Below, in pieces: positions 13,101 through 24,170 of a stretch of DNA of 64,000 nt. Origin of the DNA: Octopus vulgaris (taxonomy: Eukaryota). The notes below the pieces were generated by a model that saw nothing but the letters and a program-made list of their open reading frames with translations, did not search any database and was not told the origin of the DNA. Each line of letters opens with the position of its first letter. Positions within the stretch are counted from its first letter, which is position 1. The translations under genes were made by a program, and so were the position numbers. Where the stretch lies: NCBI GenBank assembly GCA_951406725.2, contig OX597814.1, forward strand, positions 7,936,001-8,000,000. The letters run 5' to 3'.

Positions 13101-13361
13101 AGGCTTGATTGCATGCAACAAAGTCTCTCAAGAACGGGATTTTTGTCCTGTTACTGAGTGTTTGCAGTCCTCTGATGTTCAGTAGGAGCATCGAGGTGAG
13201 GTGTATGCTGTTGCCGGCGGTGTCCACCTTGGGTCTGTTTGCTGTGGTGGTCTTGTATATTGTGGGTAGTCTCATCTGCGAGCTTGGGTTTGATGAAGCC
13301 TGGTTAGCTGCACCTTCCTCTCCATGCCAGCAGGTACCTCTCATGTAGAACCTACACACCC
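10140..13361 (-). mobile_element. CR1/Jockey-group LINE, 5'-truncated, (AATC)n tail
   Basis: Long EN-RT ORF plus tail at 10142-10166. Confidence 0.93.
10516..13359 (-). CDS. CR1-type APE endonuclease + reverse transcriptase (947 aa; premature stop, homology continues to 10234)
   Basis: LNIRGL, GDFNLP, LDLCFTN, SDHN, NYRPISLTS, GVPQGTVLGPLLF, YADD. The substitution DFAKASDKV suggests loss of activity. Confidence 0.88.
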   Translation of the reverse strand: MCRFYMRGTCWHGEEGAANQASSNPSSQMRLPTIYKTTTANRPKVDTAGNSIHLTSMLLLNIRGLQTLSNRTKIPFLRDFVACNQALCIALTERHLKPDIADAKLHIPQYVVLRTDRKERSHGGVAMYIREDLTPQVLLSYSNSVCDTLIVHIRQLDVVVCATYRPTDAPSHVGKFEDCLIKLEEVLIALEQHISVLLMGDFNLPNVRWPEGLSLPGMTRCERGQARSLLNLINTLYMEQVILQPTRAGNTLDLCFTNNMDLIHNVKVTPTLLSDHNMVELTMYGPKESMDMQPTRNPQNLSSLNFHKANWKQIEKEILKQNWPECLSSPDIDVKLQQFMSVMQAICYKCVPERKATVHKNKIPRERKILIGRRTKISNRLNKQIESSEKSRLKIKLLEIEKCLQLSHEKERADKEAWAIDNIKSNPRAFYRYAKETATVHCRIGPLLEKDGTLTGKPMRVSEILNEQFKSVFTPPLGHFQITNPTDFFTTADIKSEAATINYIDIKEDDVIKAIDEMKTDSAIGPDGFPAILLKVCKRVLARPLQFLFQSFLAAGKLPRKLKEGKICPIHKGGSRAEAKNYRPISLTSHISKVMERIVRRKLITFLEENELLPDTQHGFQPGRSCLTQLLQHYDWVLKRLLNHSNVEVIYLDFAKASDKVDHGMICHKLHDLNIVAKLGEWLHDFLKDRSQVVVANGATSINTQIVSGVPQGTVLGPLLFIMALSDMPSATQRATITSYADDTKVSQAIQNPEDTKNLQCELDKIYKWAEKNSMQFNAEKFQALYYQHAKLNAIPNEYTGPGGIAIPEAQSVRDLGIYMSDDATFHVHVAKLAMKCRRLAGWILRTFRTREQETMMVLWRTLVLSHFDYCSQLWSPSSVKLITELEAIQRSYTKIASMQNISYWERLKRLKLYSLERRQERYAIIYIWKILEGLVPNFGIESYTNA

Positions 13362-14628
13362 GTGTGTGCTGTTTGTCACTATTTTTTCATTTTTATGATA
13401 AACTCGTCTGTCACTGCCTTAATTTATATTTCCTCCAATGTGACAAGCAATTCACGCACAACATTGCACAATATATTTTTTATTTCATTTTCAACTTTTA
13501 ACGCTGCTATCACTATGTCTTCCAGTGGTTCACCCTATTTTGGTTTCAACCTTGACAAATCATCAGCATATCCAATTTTTTCGGTGGCGAATACTCAAGT
13601 TTGAAGTCATAATTCAGTAGGATTGTTCCCCAGCACTGTCTTGACATTTGTTTTCCTTTTTCTTATCCATTTCAGGTCAACATGCATGTATCTTAGAGTA
13701 ATCTTTTTCTTCAATCCTTGAACCACTGCCTGTAGAGTTAATTTTTGGTCCTGCTCTAATTTTGTTAATATACGGGATTGTATATCAGCATCTTTTCTTA
13801 CAGTTAACCCTTGAACAAAAATTAGACATTTGAATAAATCCAGGGTTTATTCATTTAATTTGAATTTTTCACACTATTTGTTAACGACCCCAAAATATGT
13901 GACGAGATCTTCATCATCTTTTTTAACTAAATTTAAACACTGCAAACGAGTATTGAACAGGGAACTTCTTTCACTGAACATTCTAGATAACAATTTGTGT
14001 CATCGAAACAAATCTCACCTGATTTCTTCAGAAGAATATAATTACAGTATTTTTCGTGTTCGACAGGGGATAACTTTCTTAAAACTAGTCGCACCTTCTT
14101 CTCGTCATTCCAATGTTTACCTTCTACTTTGAAGATTTCTTTGTATCTTCTGAAACCTGCAGAAAAAGTAGTACCTTCTTCTGGGTTCATAAATAAATTC
14201 TCCAATTGAGTTTGCTCCAATTGACGAGAACGAACCTGAAGTATATTCAGACTTCTTCAACGTTACTTCCAATAACTGGTGGTATTGTTGTTGTTGCTGC
14301 AGTTGTTGTTGTTGTAACTTCTCCACGCAAGCCAATAAGTCTTCCATGTTAATGGATTTTTTTCTTTGATTTAGTACCAAAAAAAATTTTATCATCCGAC
14401 GCAAGCTTTGAATATCTCGTCGCCATTTTTATATCCTCGTCAAACGTTGGATATATAATTTAAAGAAGCAGAGATAAAAATCAATGTGTTCTCATGACAT
14501 ACTTCACAAGACTCCAAAACACCCTCTCAATGACTCCTACTGACCTTTTTTTCTCCACTAGTACGCTACTCTTTAAAATAATTTGGCTAGTCTATTCTTC
14601 CAATCAGCCTGTGGTGTCAATGACTCTC

Positions 14629-15111
14629 AATGAAAGGGCTGAGTGGTTCACGGACACTTTTAAGAGAGCTTTAAAAAGAGCTAATAAGGAGACCATGGAC
14701 AAGGTCGCAATCCAACGATTCTTAAATGTATACAGGGTAACTCTGAACTAAAATGTGCCAGAAGGAAATTCACAAGCTGAGTTAATGTTTGCCAGAGCGG
14801 TGAAGTCGGTATTCAATAAACTGTTAGCAGTGAAGAAAGAAATACATGCAGAAATAGAAATCAGATTAAGGAAAGATTCATAGAAAAGGTTCCAACATCA
14901 TAACAAGAATTCAAAACCACAAAGGAAAGGAAGACCACTGAATTCCTAAAAGTAGACCCCAAGAAGAAAAGATATTGATAGATAAAAAAAGGAAGAGGTA
15001 GAGTGAATAAAAGAAATTGATTGTTAATAAAGAAATTGAAAGGCGAGATGTTGTGTAGTACAATGCCAGAAAAAACCATTCTATTGATGACTTGGGAAAA
15101 TAACAATATCT
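14629..15111 (+). mobile_element. Outer Gypsy relic, right part (integrase end, PPT, start of LTR)
   Basis: ERAEWFTDTFKRALKR continues the integrase broken at 8905; purine tract aaaggcgaga followed by tgttg at about 15040-15055. Confidence 0.65.
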
Positions 15112-15189
15112 ACAGATCTATATTTAAGAGATGAGGAATTATGTAAATTATTTACATTTGATGGATATTTGTCCTCATCTTGTTTGTTG

Positions 15190-15230
15190 TTAACATTTCG
15201 ACTGATATACTCTCCAGCCTTTATCAGGGA
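15190..15230 (-). ncRNA. Degenerate hammerhead ribozyme in the PLE 3' pLTR
   Basis: CTGATAA-aggctg..cagtc-GAAA; core mutated and stem I missing compared with the copy at 17851. Confidence 0.55.
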
Positions 15231-15294
15231 AATTTCAAACCTGGGTTCTCATTCCAAAGGTATTTTTCGGTGTTATTATTATTATTATTATTCA

Positions 15295-15367
15295 GGGCAC
15301 TGCTTGGAATCGAACTTAGAATCTTCAGGTTAGTACCCCGTTCTCTTAACCATTATGCCATATGCCC
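15295..15367 (-). ncRNA. 73-nt tRNA-like sequence (Pol III A/B boxes) inside the PLE 3' terminal repeat
   Basis: GGGCAT..GTGCCC acceptor stem, A box TGGCATAATGG, B box GTTCGATTCC. Confidence 0.7.
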
Positions 15368-15396
15368 TTGGGAAATTATGGAGTGAATTTTAGGGC

Positions 15397-17700
15397 TTAT
15401 AAATCTAATATTCTCCTATCCTTCCTTAATACCGGTTCCCATTTGCTACTCATATCTGCACTCGGTCTGCTTTGGAGGTTGTTGTGTCCTAGCATATGTG
15501 CTGCTTCTTTTAGTTTTCGCATTTTCCAGTGGTGTTCTCTGTCTATTATTTTAACTTCATCCCACAGGGGGAGGTGGTCTCCATTTTCCCATACATGATC
15601 AGCTATACCCGATTTATCAGTATCTCCTCGTGTCACAGCTTTGCGATGTTCCTCTACCCTTATTTTGAGGGGACGGAATGTTTCGCCTTTGTATACCCTA
15701 CCCCAGCTGCATGGGATGGAGTACATGCAGTCTTTGGTCACATTCTCTTCTATTGGTGGTTTTACTCGAAGGAGATATCTGTGAAGTGTTGTATTACTCT
15801 TGAATACTGTCCTGATGTCATATGGGCCACACATCTTTTGTATCTTTTCGGAGAAGCCTTTCACATAGGGTAGACAAACTGTGGACAGTTTATTGACCTC
15901 ATCCTCTCTCTTCTTCATAATTGGAGTGGATAGTATATACTTTTGGGGTTAGTTGTTGCTTAATGGATTGTTATTGAGCTTGATCATTTCTTCGTGGAGT
16001 GTATCAGGATCACTACTTATATTCTTTGCACAATGATTTAGACACTGAGCAATCCCTTTCTTTACACTGTATGGATGGTGAGAATTGAAGTTGAGGTATC
16101 GTCCAGTAAAGGTCAGCTTGTGGTATACGGATGTCCTGAATCCATACTTGTCCAGGAATGCCAGCTGATTGTCTTTTTCTTTTTCCCTTATGAGCTGTAT
16201 GGATGGCTTTATTGAGTTCAAATGGTCTAACAGCACTTGGACATCTTCCTGGTGGGGCCAGAGTATGAAGGTGTCATTAACATATCGCAGCCATAAGGTT
16301 GGTTTTAGTGGTGTTGATCCTAAAGCCAAATTCTCAAAGTATTCCATGTGTAGATTGGCTATTATTGGCGATAATGGTAAACCCATAGCTAAACCCTCTT
16401 CTTGTTGATATATATCAGTGTCCATACTGAAGTAGGTAGTTTCTACACAGAAGGTCAACATTTCCATCAATTTTCTTATTGGTATACTAGTGCATTCTTT
16501 TAGATGGGTGTCTGTCACTAGTTTTTCTTGTATCACTGATAGTGCTTCACCAGTTGGGACTTTAGTGAACAGACTTATCACATCTAGACTCACCATCTGG
16601 TTGGATTCAATGGAGGTATCCTTGGTCACTTATGTGAAGTGGGTGGAATTCTTCACGTACGAAACTGACTTTCCTGCTAATGGACTGATTATATCCATAA
16701 CGAAGTGGCTCAGTGGATAACATGCTGAACCTCTACAGCTCACTATAGGTCTTAACGGAATACCATCCTTGTGAATCTTAGGGCGACCGTACATGTGTGG
16801 TAGTTTACTGTGGTGTTGAGTCAGTTGTGTGTACTTCATTGGTGTAAAGTGATCCTTATTCTTGATCAAGATCCATGACAGCTTCCTCTTTGTTTTCAGA
16901 GTTGGGTCTTTCTTTACTTTGCTGTAGCTACCATCACTTACAAGACTTGCCAACTTTTCATAGTAGTCAGACTTGTTAATCACTACTGAAGCATTTCCCT
17001 TGTCCACTGGAAGTATTATGATGGAATTGTCACTCTGTGATCTTTTGATAGTGAACTTTTCTCCTTTAGTGATGTTTGTTTTAGAAAGTTTTGTTTTTTC
17101 CAGTACCTGTCTCACTCACCTTAGTTCACCTCCTTTAGCTTTTGGTATCTTTATGGCTATCTCTTCGTTATGTCCAAGTATGGAATACTCTTGATGGTTG
17201 TCGCAAAGTTGAGACCTTTGTTCAGTACTGCTTCTTCAGAGCTTTCTAGATGTCATCTACTTACATTAATTACTGCTTTCACAGTAAACTTCTTAAACTT
17301 CTTAATCTGGCATGTTTTCACCATTTCAAATTCTTTCATGCACGACTTTTCTAGATCTTGTTGGACTCTCTTTCTATCATCGTCTCTGGTCGTTTTCCTA
17401 AGTAATGAAGATAACCTCTCTTTGATTTCGTTATTTAGTTGATGTTTTTTCCAACAGTTGTAATGGATCCTCTCACGGTTGAGGGATTGTCCAGCCCTTT
17501 TTGCTACTCTTCTAGCTTTATATGAATCCACTGGGGTCATTATATTCAAGCCAGGTGGTATTAGCTTTGAGTCCCTACATCTACACGGGAAACTTAGATG
17601 GTTTGAAAGGCGAGCTAGTTTTTGATGGAGTTTCTCTATATGTCTCCATTGAAGTCTAATGTCAGCTCCGTACCGATTAAATGATACAGTTCTATATTTA
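15397..17700 (-). pseudogene. Penelope RT-GIY-YIG polyprotein, several stops/frameshifts
   Basis: VDKGN, YGRPKIHK, LRPIVS, SLDVISLFTKVP, GLAMG, YVND (mutated YVDD), and GIY-YIG-like MYSIPCSWGRVYKGET..R..EH. Confidence 0.9.
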
Positions 17701-17850
17701 AGAGATGGGGAATTATTTAAATTATTTATATTTGATGGATAATTCAGTGACCTGAATAATGATAATAATAATAATAATAATAATAACAATAACAACAACA
17801 ACATAATAATAATACCTTAGGAATGAGAACCCAGGTTCAAAATTTCCCCA

Positions 17851-17897
17851 AGACACCTGATGAAGGCTGGAGGGTATATCAACCGAAATGTTGTGTT
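17851..17897 (+). ncRNA. Minimal type I hammerhead ribozyme in the inverted PLE pLTR
   Basis: gacac-CTGATGA-aggctg-gagggtatat-caacc-GAAA-tgtt-gtgtt; hammerheads are known features of PLE pLTRs. Confidence 0.75.
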
Positions 17898-18059
17898 AAC
17901 AACAAACAAGATGAAGACAAATATCCGTCAAATGTAAATAATGTATAACAATATCTGTCGGATGACAACCATCGTCAGAAGACAGATACACAAAGTGGCA
18001 AAAGACCACGTTACAACAAAGCCTAACACTGCTCACCACCCCTATTCCCTTCCCCTCCA

Positions 18060-18435
18060 TCCCAATCTCTATGTTTATCAGATGATAAACATAGAGATTG
18101 AGAAGCAAATAAAATGATGGTAAAGTGTATGCAGGCTGAAGTCATACGTATGTTTGTGATGTCTACCAAATGCACATGTGAGCTATCTTCTCAGATGCAA
18201 AATGCTGTCCCCCATCCCTGGATCTCCCCAGCTCACACCCTTAGAGGTGACACAATGCTGGCACACTGAAAGGTAGGTCTGGTAAGATTGTTGAGATGCT
18301 TGAATGGAGATGTGTAGATTAGTGCAGCATCTAAGAAGTAAGGTGGAGAGGAAGTTCTGCCAGGTTCCTCACAGGCAAAGAACATGGGTATAAGATTTTC
18401 TGGTAGGGAACACTGATGGGGTCGGGGGCATGGGT
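18060..18435 (+). mobile_element. RTE 5' / APE fragment
   Basis: Similar to 3270-3610 (ggcacactgaaaggtaggtctgg...). Confidence 0.8.
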
Positions 18436-18439
18436 ATAC

Positions 18440-18800
18440 TCATCATCATCATCATTGTTTAATGTCCATTTTCCATGCTGGCATGAGTTGGACAGTTTGA
18501 CTGGGGACTGGCAAGCCACAAGGCCACACACCAGGCTCCAATCTGATCTGGATGCACTTTCTAACACCAACCGCTCTGAGAGTGAAGTGGATGTCTTTTA
18601 CGTGCCACTGGCAAAGGAGCCAGTCAGGTGGCACAAGGCCTGAAATTTTGGGAGAGAGGTTAATCAATTACATCAACCCCAGTGTGTAACTGGTACTTAT
18701 TTTAACAACCCTGAAAGGATGAAAAGTGAAGCTGACCTCAGTGGAATTTGAACCCAGAACGTTAACACAGATGAAATATCACTAAACATTTTGTCCACAT
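18440..18800 (-). mobile_element. RTE-tail fragment followed by a MetaSINE-like fragment
   Basis: (CAT)n tail; minus strand has B-box GGTTCAAATTCC followed by a tttcatcctttc..aaaataagtaccag domain. Confidence 0.65.
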
Positions 18801-19169
18801 TTCCCAAACAACAACAACAACAACAACCAAAAGTACCAATCTTATAAGCCTGATTAATGCCACAACATCACATGGAATACATTGGTGAAAAAAAAATCAC
18901 AACCATTTACCCACAAAAGTAAACCAGGTGAACCTAATTTATAAATACTGCTTTGTGTTGGGCCCTCAATTCCTCGATGGGGTTGTAGGGGGGAACTATG
19001 CTGTTGGGTACTTTTAGACCTGGAGGGGCCAGGAGATGTGGCGATTTGCTGTACTTGAAAAACATCACGTGAAGCTAAATAAAATCACTGTCTTCACTGC
19101 GTACAGGTTTGTGCTTTCAGGGGTGGGTGCCACATGAAACCACACCCATGCTGGGGCTGTGTGTCAACA

Positions 19170-19345
19170 CACCTGTGCCAGTGGAACATATTAAAAGCAC
19201 CCAGCACATTAAGTGGTTGGCATTAGGAAGGACATCCAGCCATAGATTCCATGCCACAACAGACATTTGGACCCTGGCCAGCTCCACTTCAAACAATCCA
19301 ACCCATGCCAGTATGGAAAGTGGACGTTAAATGAGGATGATGATG
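19170..19345 (+). mobile_element. RTE-tail/SINE fragment
   Basis: aaaagcaccc...catgccagtatggaaagtggacgttaaatgaggatgatg. Confidence 0.7.
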
Positions 19346-20372
19346 TCAATGGCCATCCCTCTGTAGGAATGACCAAAACTGATTTCTTCTAAAAAGAAGG
19401 AGAGAGAGAGAGAGAGACAAAAAGAAAGTAAAAGTGAGAGGGAGAGGAAAAATTGACCCCAAAATAATCAAAGACAAAATTGATTCCAGCATTGCAATGA
19501 GTCAGAATGATTGCCACAAAGCATCCTATCTGGTGTTCTACTAACTTTGTGACTTGACCACTTCATTAACACAACAGAATTCACTTAAAAACAAGTTTAT
19601 GTCACTAAAACGTTGTCTTCACACACAACATTTTTTCTCATGATAATTAAGAAACTATTTTTAAAAACCAAAACACAGGACACTTGAAATATTTAATTAG
19701 ATTGTTTATAATGAAGATAGCGAACCAGACCAGAGATTGAAAAACTTCCAGGACACTAACCAAAAATAGAAAAATCTAAAAACATCAATATAATAGAAAT
19801 ACAACAAAATGAAGTTGATTATTATGTGTCCGACCCTTGCCAGCATGGAATGTGGATGTTAAATCATGATGGTGATGATGATGTGCGTGCATGTACACTG
19901 GTACTGAACTCACAAACCACTCCCACAAACAAGCAGCCTTGAGATAGACTTAGGTGCACTCATCCTATCCTGCTGCAAAAACAACACAGATAATACATGA
20001 AGCAGAAGAAAAGCATCACAAGTCAACTGCGCTCCTATCCTATACACCCTCTACCAACACCCATATGCACCACCAAGTTAACCACCACAACATCACTTGT
20101 TGCACATATATACCCAGCTACCACACAGGGCAGACATATACCCAACTCCATTTTGAACGCTTACCCATCATCATCATCTTCACCTCAGTGAAGAAAGCAA
20201 ACAAACACAAACATATATATTTATCTTGCATAAGACTTTGGAAGTGGGGACCTTGGTACAGAATTTCATAGGTTTTGAGTAGTGGGAAACCACCTTTTAG
20301 CTAATATTAGTAGTACCATTTAGGGTTCCAAATATGGTTTACCTAGCAGCTTTAGGTATAAAACCACCACTA

Positions 20373-20757
20373 TGGAAGCACTCCATCGGTTACGCCGACG
20401 AGGGTTCCGGTTGATCCAATCAACGGAACAGCCTGCTTGTGAAATTAACGTGTAAGTGGCTGAGCACTCCACAGACACGTGTACCCTTAACGTAGTTCTC
20501 GGGGATATTTAGCATGACACAGAGAGTGAGAAGGCCGGCCCTTTGAAATACAGGTACAAGAGAGACAGGAAGTAAGAGTGAGAGAAAGTTGTGGTGAAAG
20601 AGTACAGCAGGGATCAGCACCATCCCCTGCCGGAGCCTCGTGGAGCTTTAGGTGTTTTCGCTCAATAAACACCCACAACGCCCGGTCTGGGAATCGAAAC
20701 CGCGATCCTATGACCGCGAGTCCGCTGCCCTAACCACTGGGCCATTGCGCCTCCACC
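20373..20757 (-). mobile_element. Full-length tRNA-derived SINE with 13-bp TSD
   Basis: A box TGGCCCAGTGG, B box GTTTCGATTCC; TSD aaaaccaccacta at 20360-20372 and 20758-20770. Confidence 0.9.
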
Positions 20758-21769
20758 AAAACCACCACTACCATGTGTGTTGGCAGGGAGAAAATGCATC
20801 TTGATTATATTTGAGATACCTGGCAGCCTACTGAAACCAGCCCAGACTAATCTAGCATGTTATCAATTCCAATGGTGCCACTGGTTAAGGCAGGTGTACA
20901 AGTACCACTGGTGAGGGCAAGTGTACACATGTACACATTGTCTACCCTACATAAAATTATGTGAGGGCCATCTGTGGATCCCTTCCCACAATCCAGTAAT
21001 AATTTGATGTGATGCAGCATGCCTTTGCTGATCTTGGGAAAGTCTCATCTCATTTCTGTCTTGAGACTCCATCTGATGTACTGCAGCATGTCATTACTTG
21101 TATCAACTCACAGTCTGAGGTGTGTGTGTGTTGGGGGGGGGTCATGTAGTGTGTCAAGGAAACCATATTTAGCTGTCATGCATCAGCACAGTTGTGCTTT
21201 GGCAATTGCTGCCTATTAGAGATGGTCGCACAGCTATAAATACGGTGTCACCTGACCAGAAAGGGATCTTATTTCTAGTCAGTCAAATAACAGCTAGCAG
21301 AAGACTTCGACAAGAATACAGCTATTTTCAGTGGGACTTCAGAAGGGCACTACCTCTGACGGCATTACTTCGACATGAACAGCTGTGTTATTTCACCAAC
21401 TTAATGCCATAAAGTTTGGGATTACATAAAGCATGCACAGAGAATCCCATTATTCTCTATGGACCAAACTTGCCTGTTTAAACTTCTTACAACCTTTATT
21501 GCAGTATGCTTCCACCTATGTATGTAGTAGTGAGTCCAATAGGCTTCTTGAATCCTACATAAAACTGTCTACTCTCATTGCTACCCAAATAAATTAAGGT
21601 GTTTGTTATAATATAGCTTTCTGATGTATTTTGTCAATGCCTCACAGATGCAACTCTTTCATTGATTCCCACATTGTGTATTTATTGGTAACACACTAAA
21701 ACTGGTGAAAATTAACTCAAGTTACATTCTTACATAGTTATATTTGGACACAGAAACAACTCTGCCACA

Positions 21770-23049
21770 AATGTTATCGCAGGGTAAGGACAATACTCAA
21801 GACAGAGCTAAACGCAAGAAACACAACCAAAGTGATCAATACTTTAGCCATATCGGTCGTGACTTACAGTTTCAATATCGTTAACTGGTCAATTACTGAA
21901 ATATGTAATCTTGACAGAAAAATACAAAAACTGTTGACAGTGCATAGAATGCACCACCCTAAGGCAGATATAGAACGACTTTATCTGCCAAGAAAAGAGG
22001 GAGGCCGTGGACTTTTACAACTGGCAATAACAATGAAGATTGCTACAATTGGCCTAGACACCTACCTGAAAAACTCTGAGGACTGGATGTTAAAACTTGT
22101 CTCAAAACATGAAAACAAGAAAGCATCATACTCAGTAACAAAACAGGCAAAGGAATATCTAAGTGAATTCCGAACACAACAAATTTCGGAATTAGAGATA
22201 GACATACAAGAAACAAGCACAGAAAAAGCTAAATGCATGAAAACACATTCTAAAACTGCTGCCTTAGATATTCTGAATAATAAATGGCAAGAAAAACCTC
22301 TCTATGGCAAATACCCAAAGAGAGCGAATAATGCAGATGTTGACAAAGCCCTGACCCATCAATGGCTAATGGCCTCTGGCTTAAAATCTGAAACAGAGGG
22401 GTTTATCATAGCAGCTCAAGATCAATGCCTACCAACAAGAAACTACCAGGCCAACATATTAAAGAACGGCAGTAGCCCAACATGTTGTGTATGTCAACAA
22501 CAAAATGAAACCATTGATTATGTTGTCTCCAAGTGCAGTCTTCTTGCGCCTACAGAGTATCTCAACAGGCATGATAGAACTGCACAATATATTCACTGGG
22601 TAATTTGCAAAAACCTGGATTTGCCCCATGAAAAAAACTGGTGGGAACACAAACCACCTCCAGTGCTTGAAAATGACCACATCTCACTCCTCTGGAACTT
22701 CACCATTCAAATTGACAGAAAGACAGATGCGAATAGGCCAAACATCATATTGGAAGACTTCAGACAAAGAACATGCTTCCTCATTGATATGACTGTCCCA
22801 ATCGATATAAACGTATCTGTCAAGACCTACCAAAAACTGATCAAATATAAAGATCTTGAAGTAGAAATCAGCAAAATGTGGAACCTGAAGACTAAAACAA
22901 TACTTGTTATCATAGGTGCCCTGGGAATGATAGCAAGAGGGGCTGATTGCTACCTAACTCAGATACCAGGAAACCCCAAAATGGCAGAAATTCAAAAGAT
23001 AGTGCTCATGGGAACTGCCCATACCCTACATAAAATAGAATCTATGTAA
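21770..23049 (+). mobile_element. R4/Dong-like RLE-type LINE, 3' part (405-aa ORF 21832-23049)
   Basis: RLYLPRKEGGRGL, ETEGFIIAAQDQ, zinc knuckle, RHD and the RLE motif RPNII..D..CFLIDMTVP. Confidence 0.9.
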
Positions 23050-23494
23050 CCCTCAAAACATTTTAACCGGCAAAAAGTCAAAATATTTTAAAATGTATAT
23101 CTTAACAAACACCTTTCCCCGCCATCTTCGTATCAGACTATCATCTTATAATGAAATTACTTTCGAAGCCATCTTTTAATTTACTTATGTTTTCAGGGAG
23201 CTGGAGGGGAGGTGGGGGAGCAATAAAGAGAAAAGTGGAGAAAGAAGGATAGAAAGAAAGAAAGAAAGAAGGAAAGGTAGAAAGAGAGAAAGGAAACATC
23301 TAAACAAAAACCCATGTGTCAGGTTACGGCCTTTTAACGCCGCACCCAAGAAATCAAAATGAAAGCAATAAAATTAAGACTGAAAATGAATCGAAGTAAA
23401 AAAGGTGAGGTAACGTGTAATTATATTTCCGTGATCAACAAACATTACAGAGTAACCTTTTACTAAAGCGGCTTCAATTAATAGAAATAAATTA

Positions 23495-23558
<64 letters not shown>

Positions 23559-23662
23559 ATTTATTGTTATTATTATTATTCAGGTCACTGCCTGGAATCG
23601 AACTCAGAATCTTGGGGTTAGTAGCCCATGCTCTTAACCACTACGCCACATTTGGAAATCTT
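22875..23662 (+). repeat. ~790-bp duplication, copy 1 (copy 2 at 28335-29117)
   Basis: Near-identical by eye; covers the R4 3' end, flanking DNA, (TTA)n and a tRNA-like head. Confidence 0.9.
23495..23650 (-). mobile_element. Solo tRNA-like head + (AAT)n, same as in the PLE pLTR (second copy at about 28955-29102)
   Basis: TGGCGTAGTGGTTAAGAGC..GAGTTCGATTCCAGGCAGTGACCTG(AAT)n matches 15275-15362. Confidence 0.8.
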
Positions 23663-23699
23663 GGAATGCAACCCCCAATATCAGCAGCGGGGCCCGGCA

Positions 23700-24170
23700 A
23701 CATATGCTGGTTTACCCCCACCGCATCATGCTGATTCCGTACCCATTTGAACAACATTAAATTCACTCATCCGTCCACACAAACACTCTCCAAGCTTTCC
23801 TGTCCTTTTTAAACTCACTTGCCTCTCTCACTCCAACACCTCTAGCCACAAAAGATTTCCTCACTTCATCCATCCACACAAGCCGGGGTCTGCTTCTCGT
23901 TCTGCTGCCTACCACTTCTGACTTCATCACCCACCTTACCATCCACTCCATGTGGCCAAACCACCTCAATATTCGTCTATCCACTTTGGCTGCTAGCTTT
24001 TCTCTCATTCCTGCTTGCCTTCACACCTCCTCATTGCTCATCTTGTCCGTCTGAGTCACACCAACCATAGCCCTCACACATCTCAGCTCAAACACACCTA
24101 GTCGCCTCTTTTCTGCCTCTCTCACACTCCACATCTCTGTAATCATATAACATTGTTGGTGCAATCACAC
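23700..24170 (-). mobile_element. Decayed RTE-like LINE, 3' end (second family)
   Basis: LRWFGHME..R..GRPRLVW-like text; the upstream part is probably at 29200-31110. Confidence 0.7.

Larger units (their letters stand above)
8906..14628 (-). mobile_element. Decayed Gypsy LTR retrotransposon (inner), interrupted by CR1
   Basis: 3' LTR 8906-9117 (TG..CA) with the PPT aaagggagaga upstream; diverged 5' LTR at about 14430-14628; PBS tggcgacgag at 14416-14425; gag fragments 13933-14404; integrase fragment 9724-10116 (PWSRLHIDF, VDSFTKW). Confidence 0.8.
15112..17944 (-). mobile_element. Penelope-like element (RT + GIY-YIG), with inverted 5' pLTR and 12-bp TSD
   Basis: TSD ataacaatatct at 15100-15111 and 17945-17956; RT and GIY-YIG coding fragments inside; terminal repeats present. 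Confidence 0.93.

Noticed and set aside
20680-20757. tRNA gene
   Set aside because: It is the head of a TSD-flanked SINE; the same applies to 59550-59622.
23495-23734. Poly-Leu and other low-complexity ORFs (also 7067-7329, 42268-42477, 51477-51692)
   Set aside because: These are translations of microsatellites.
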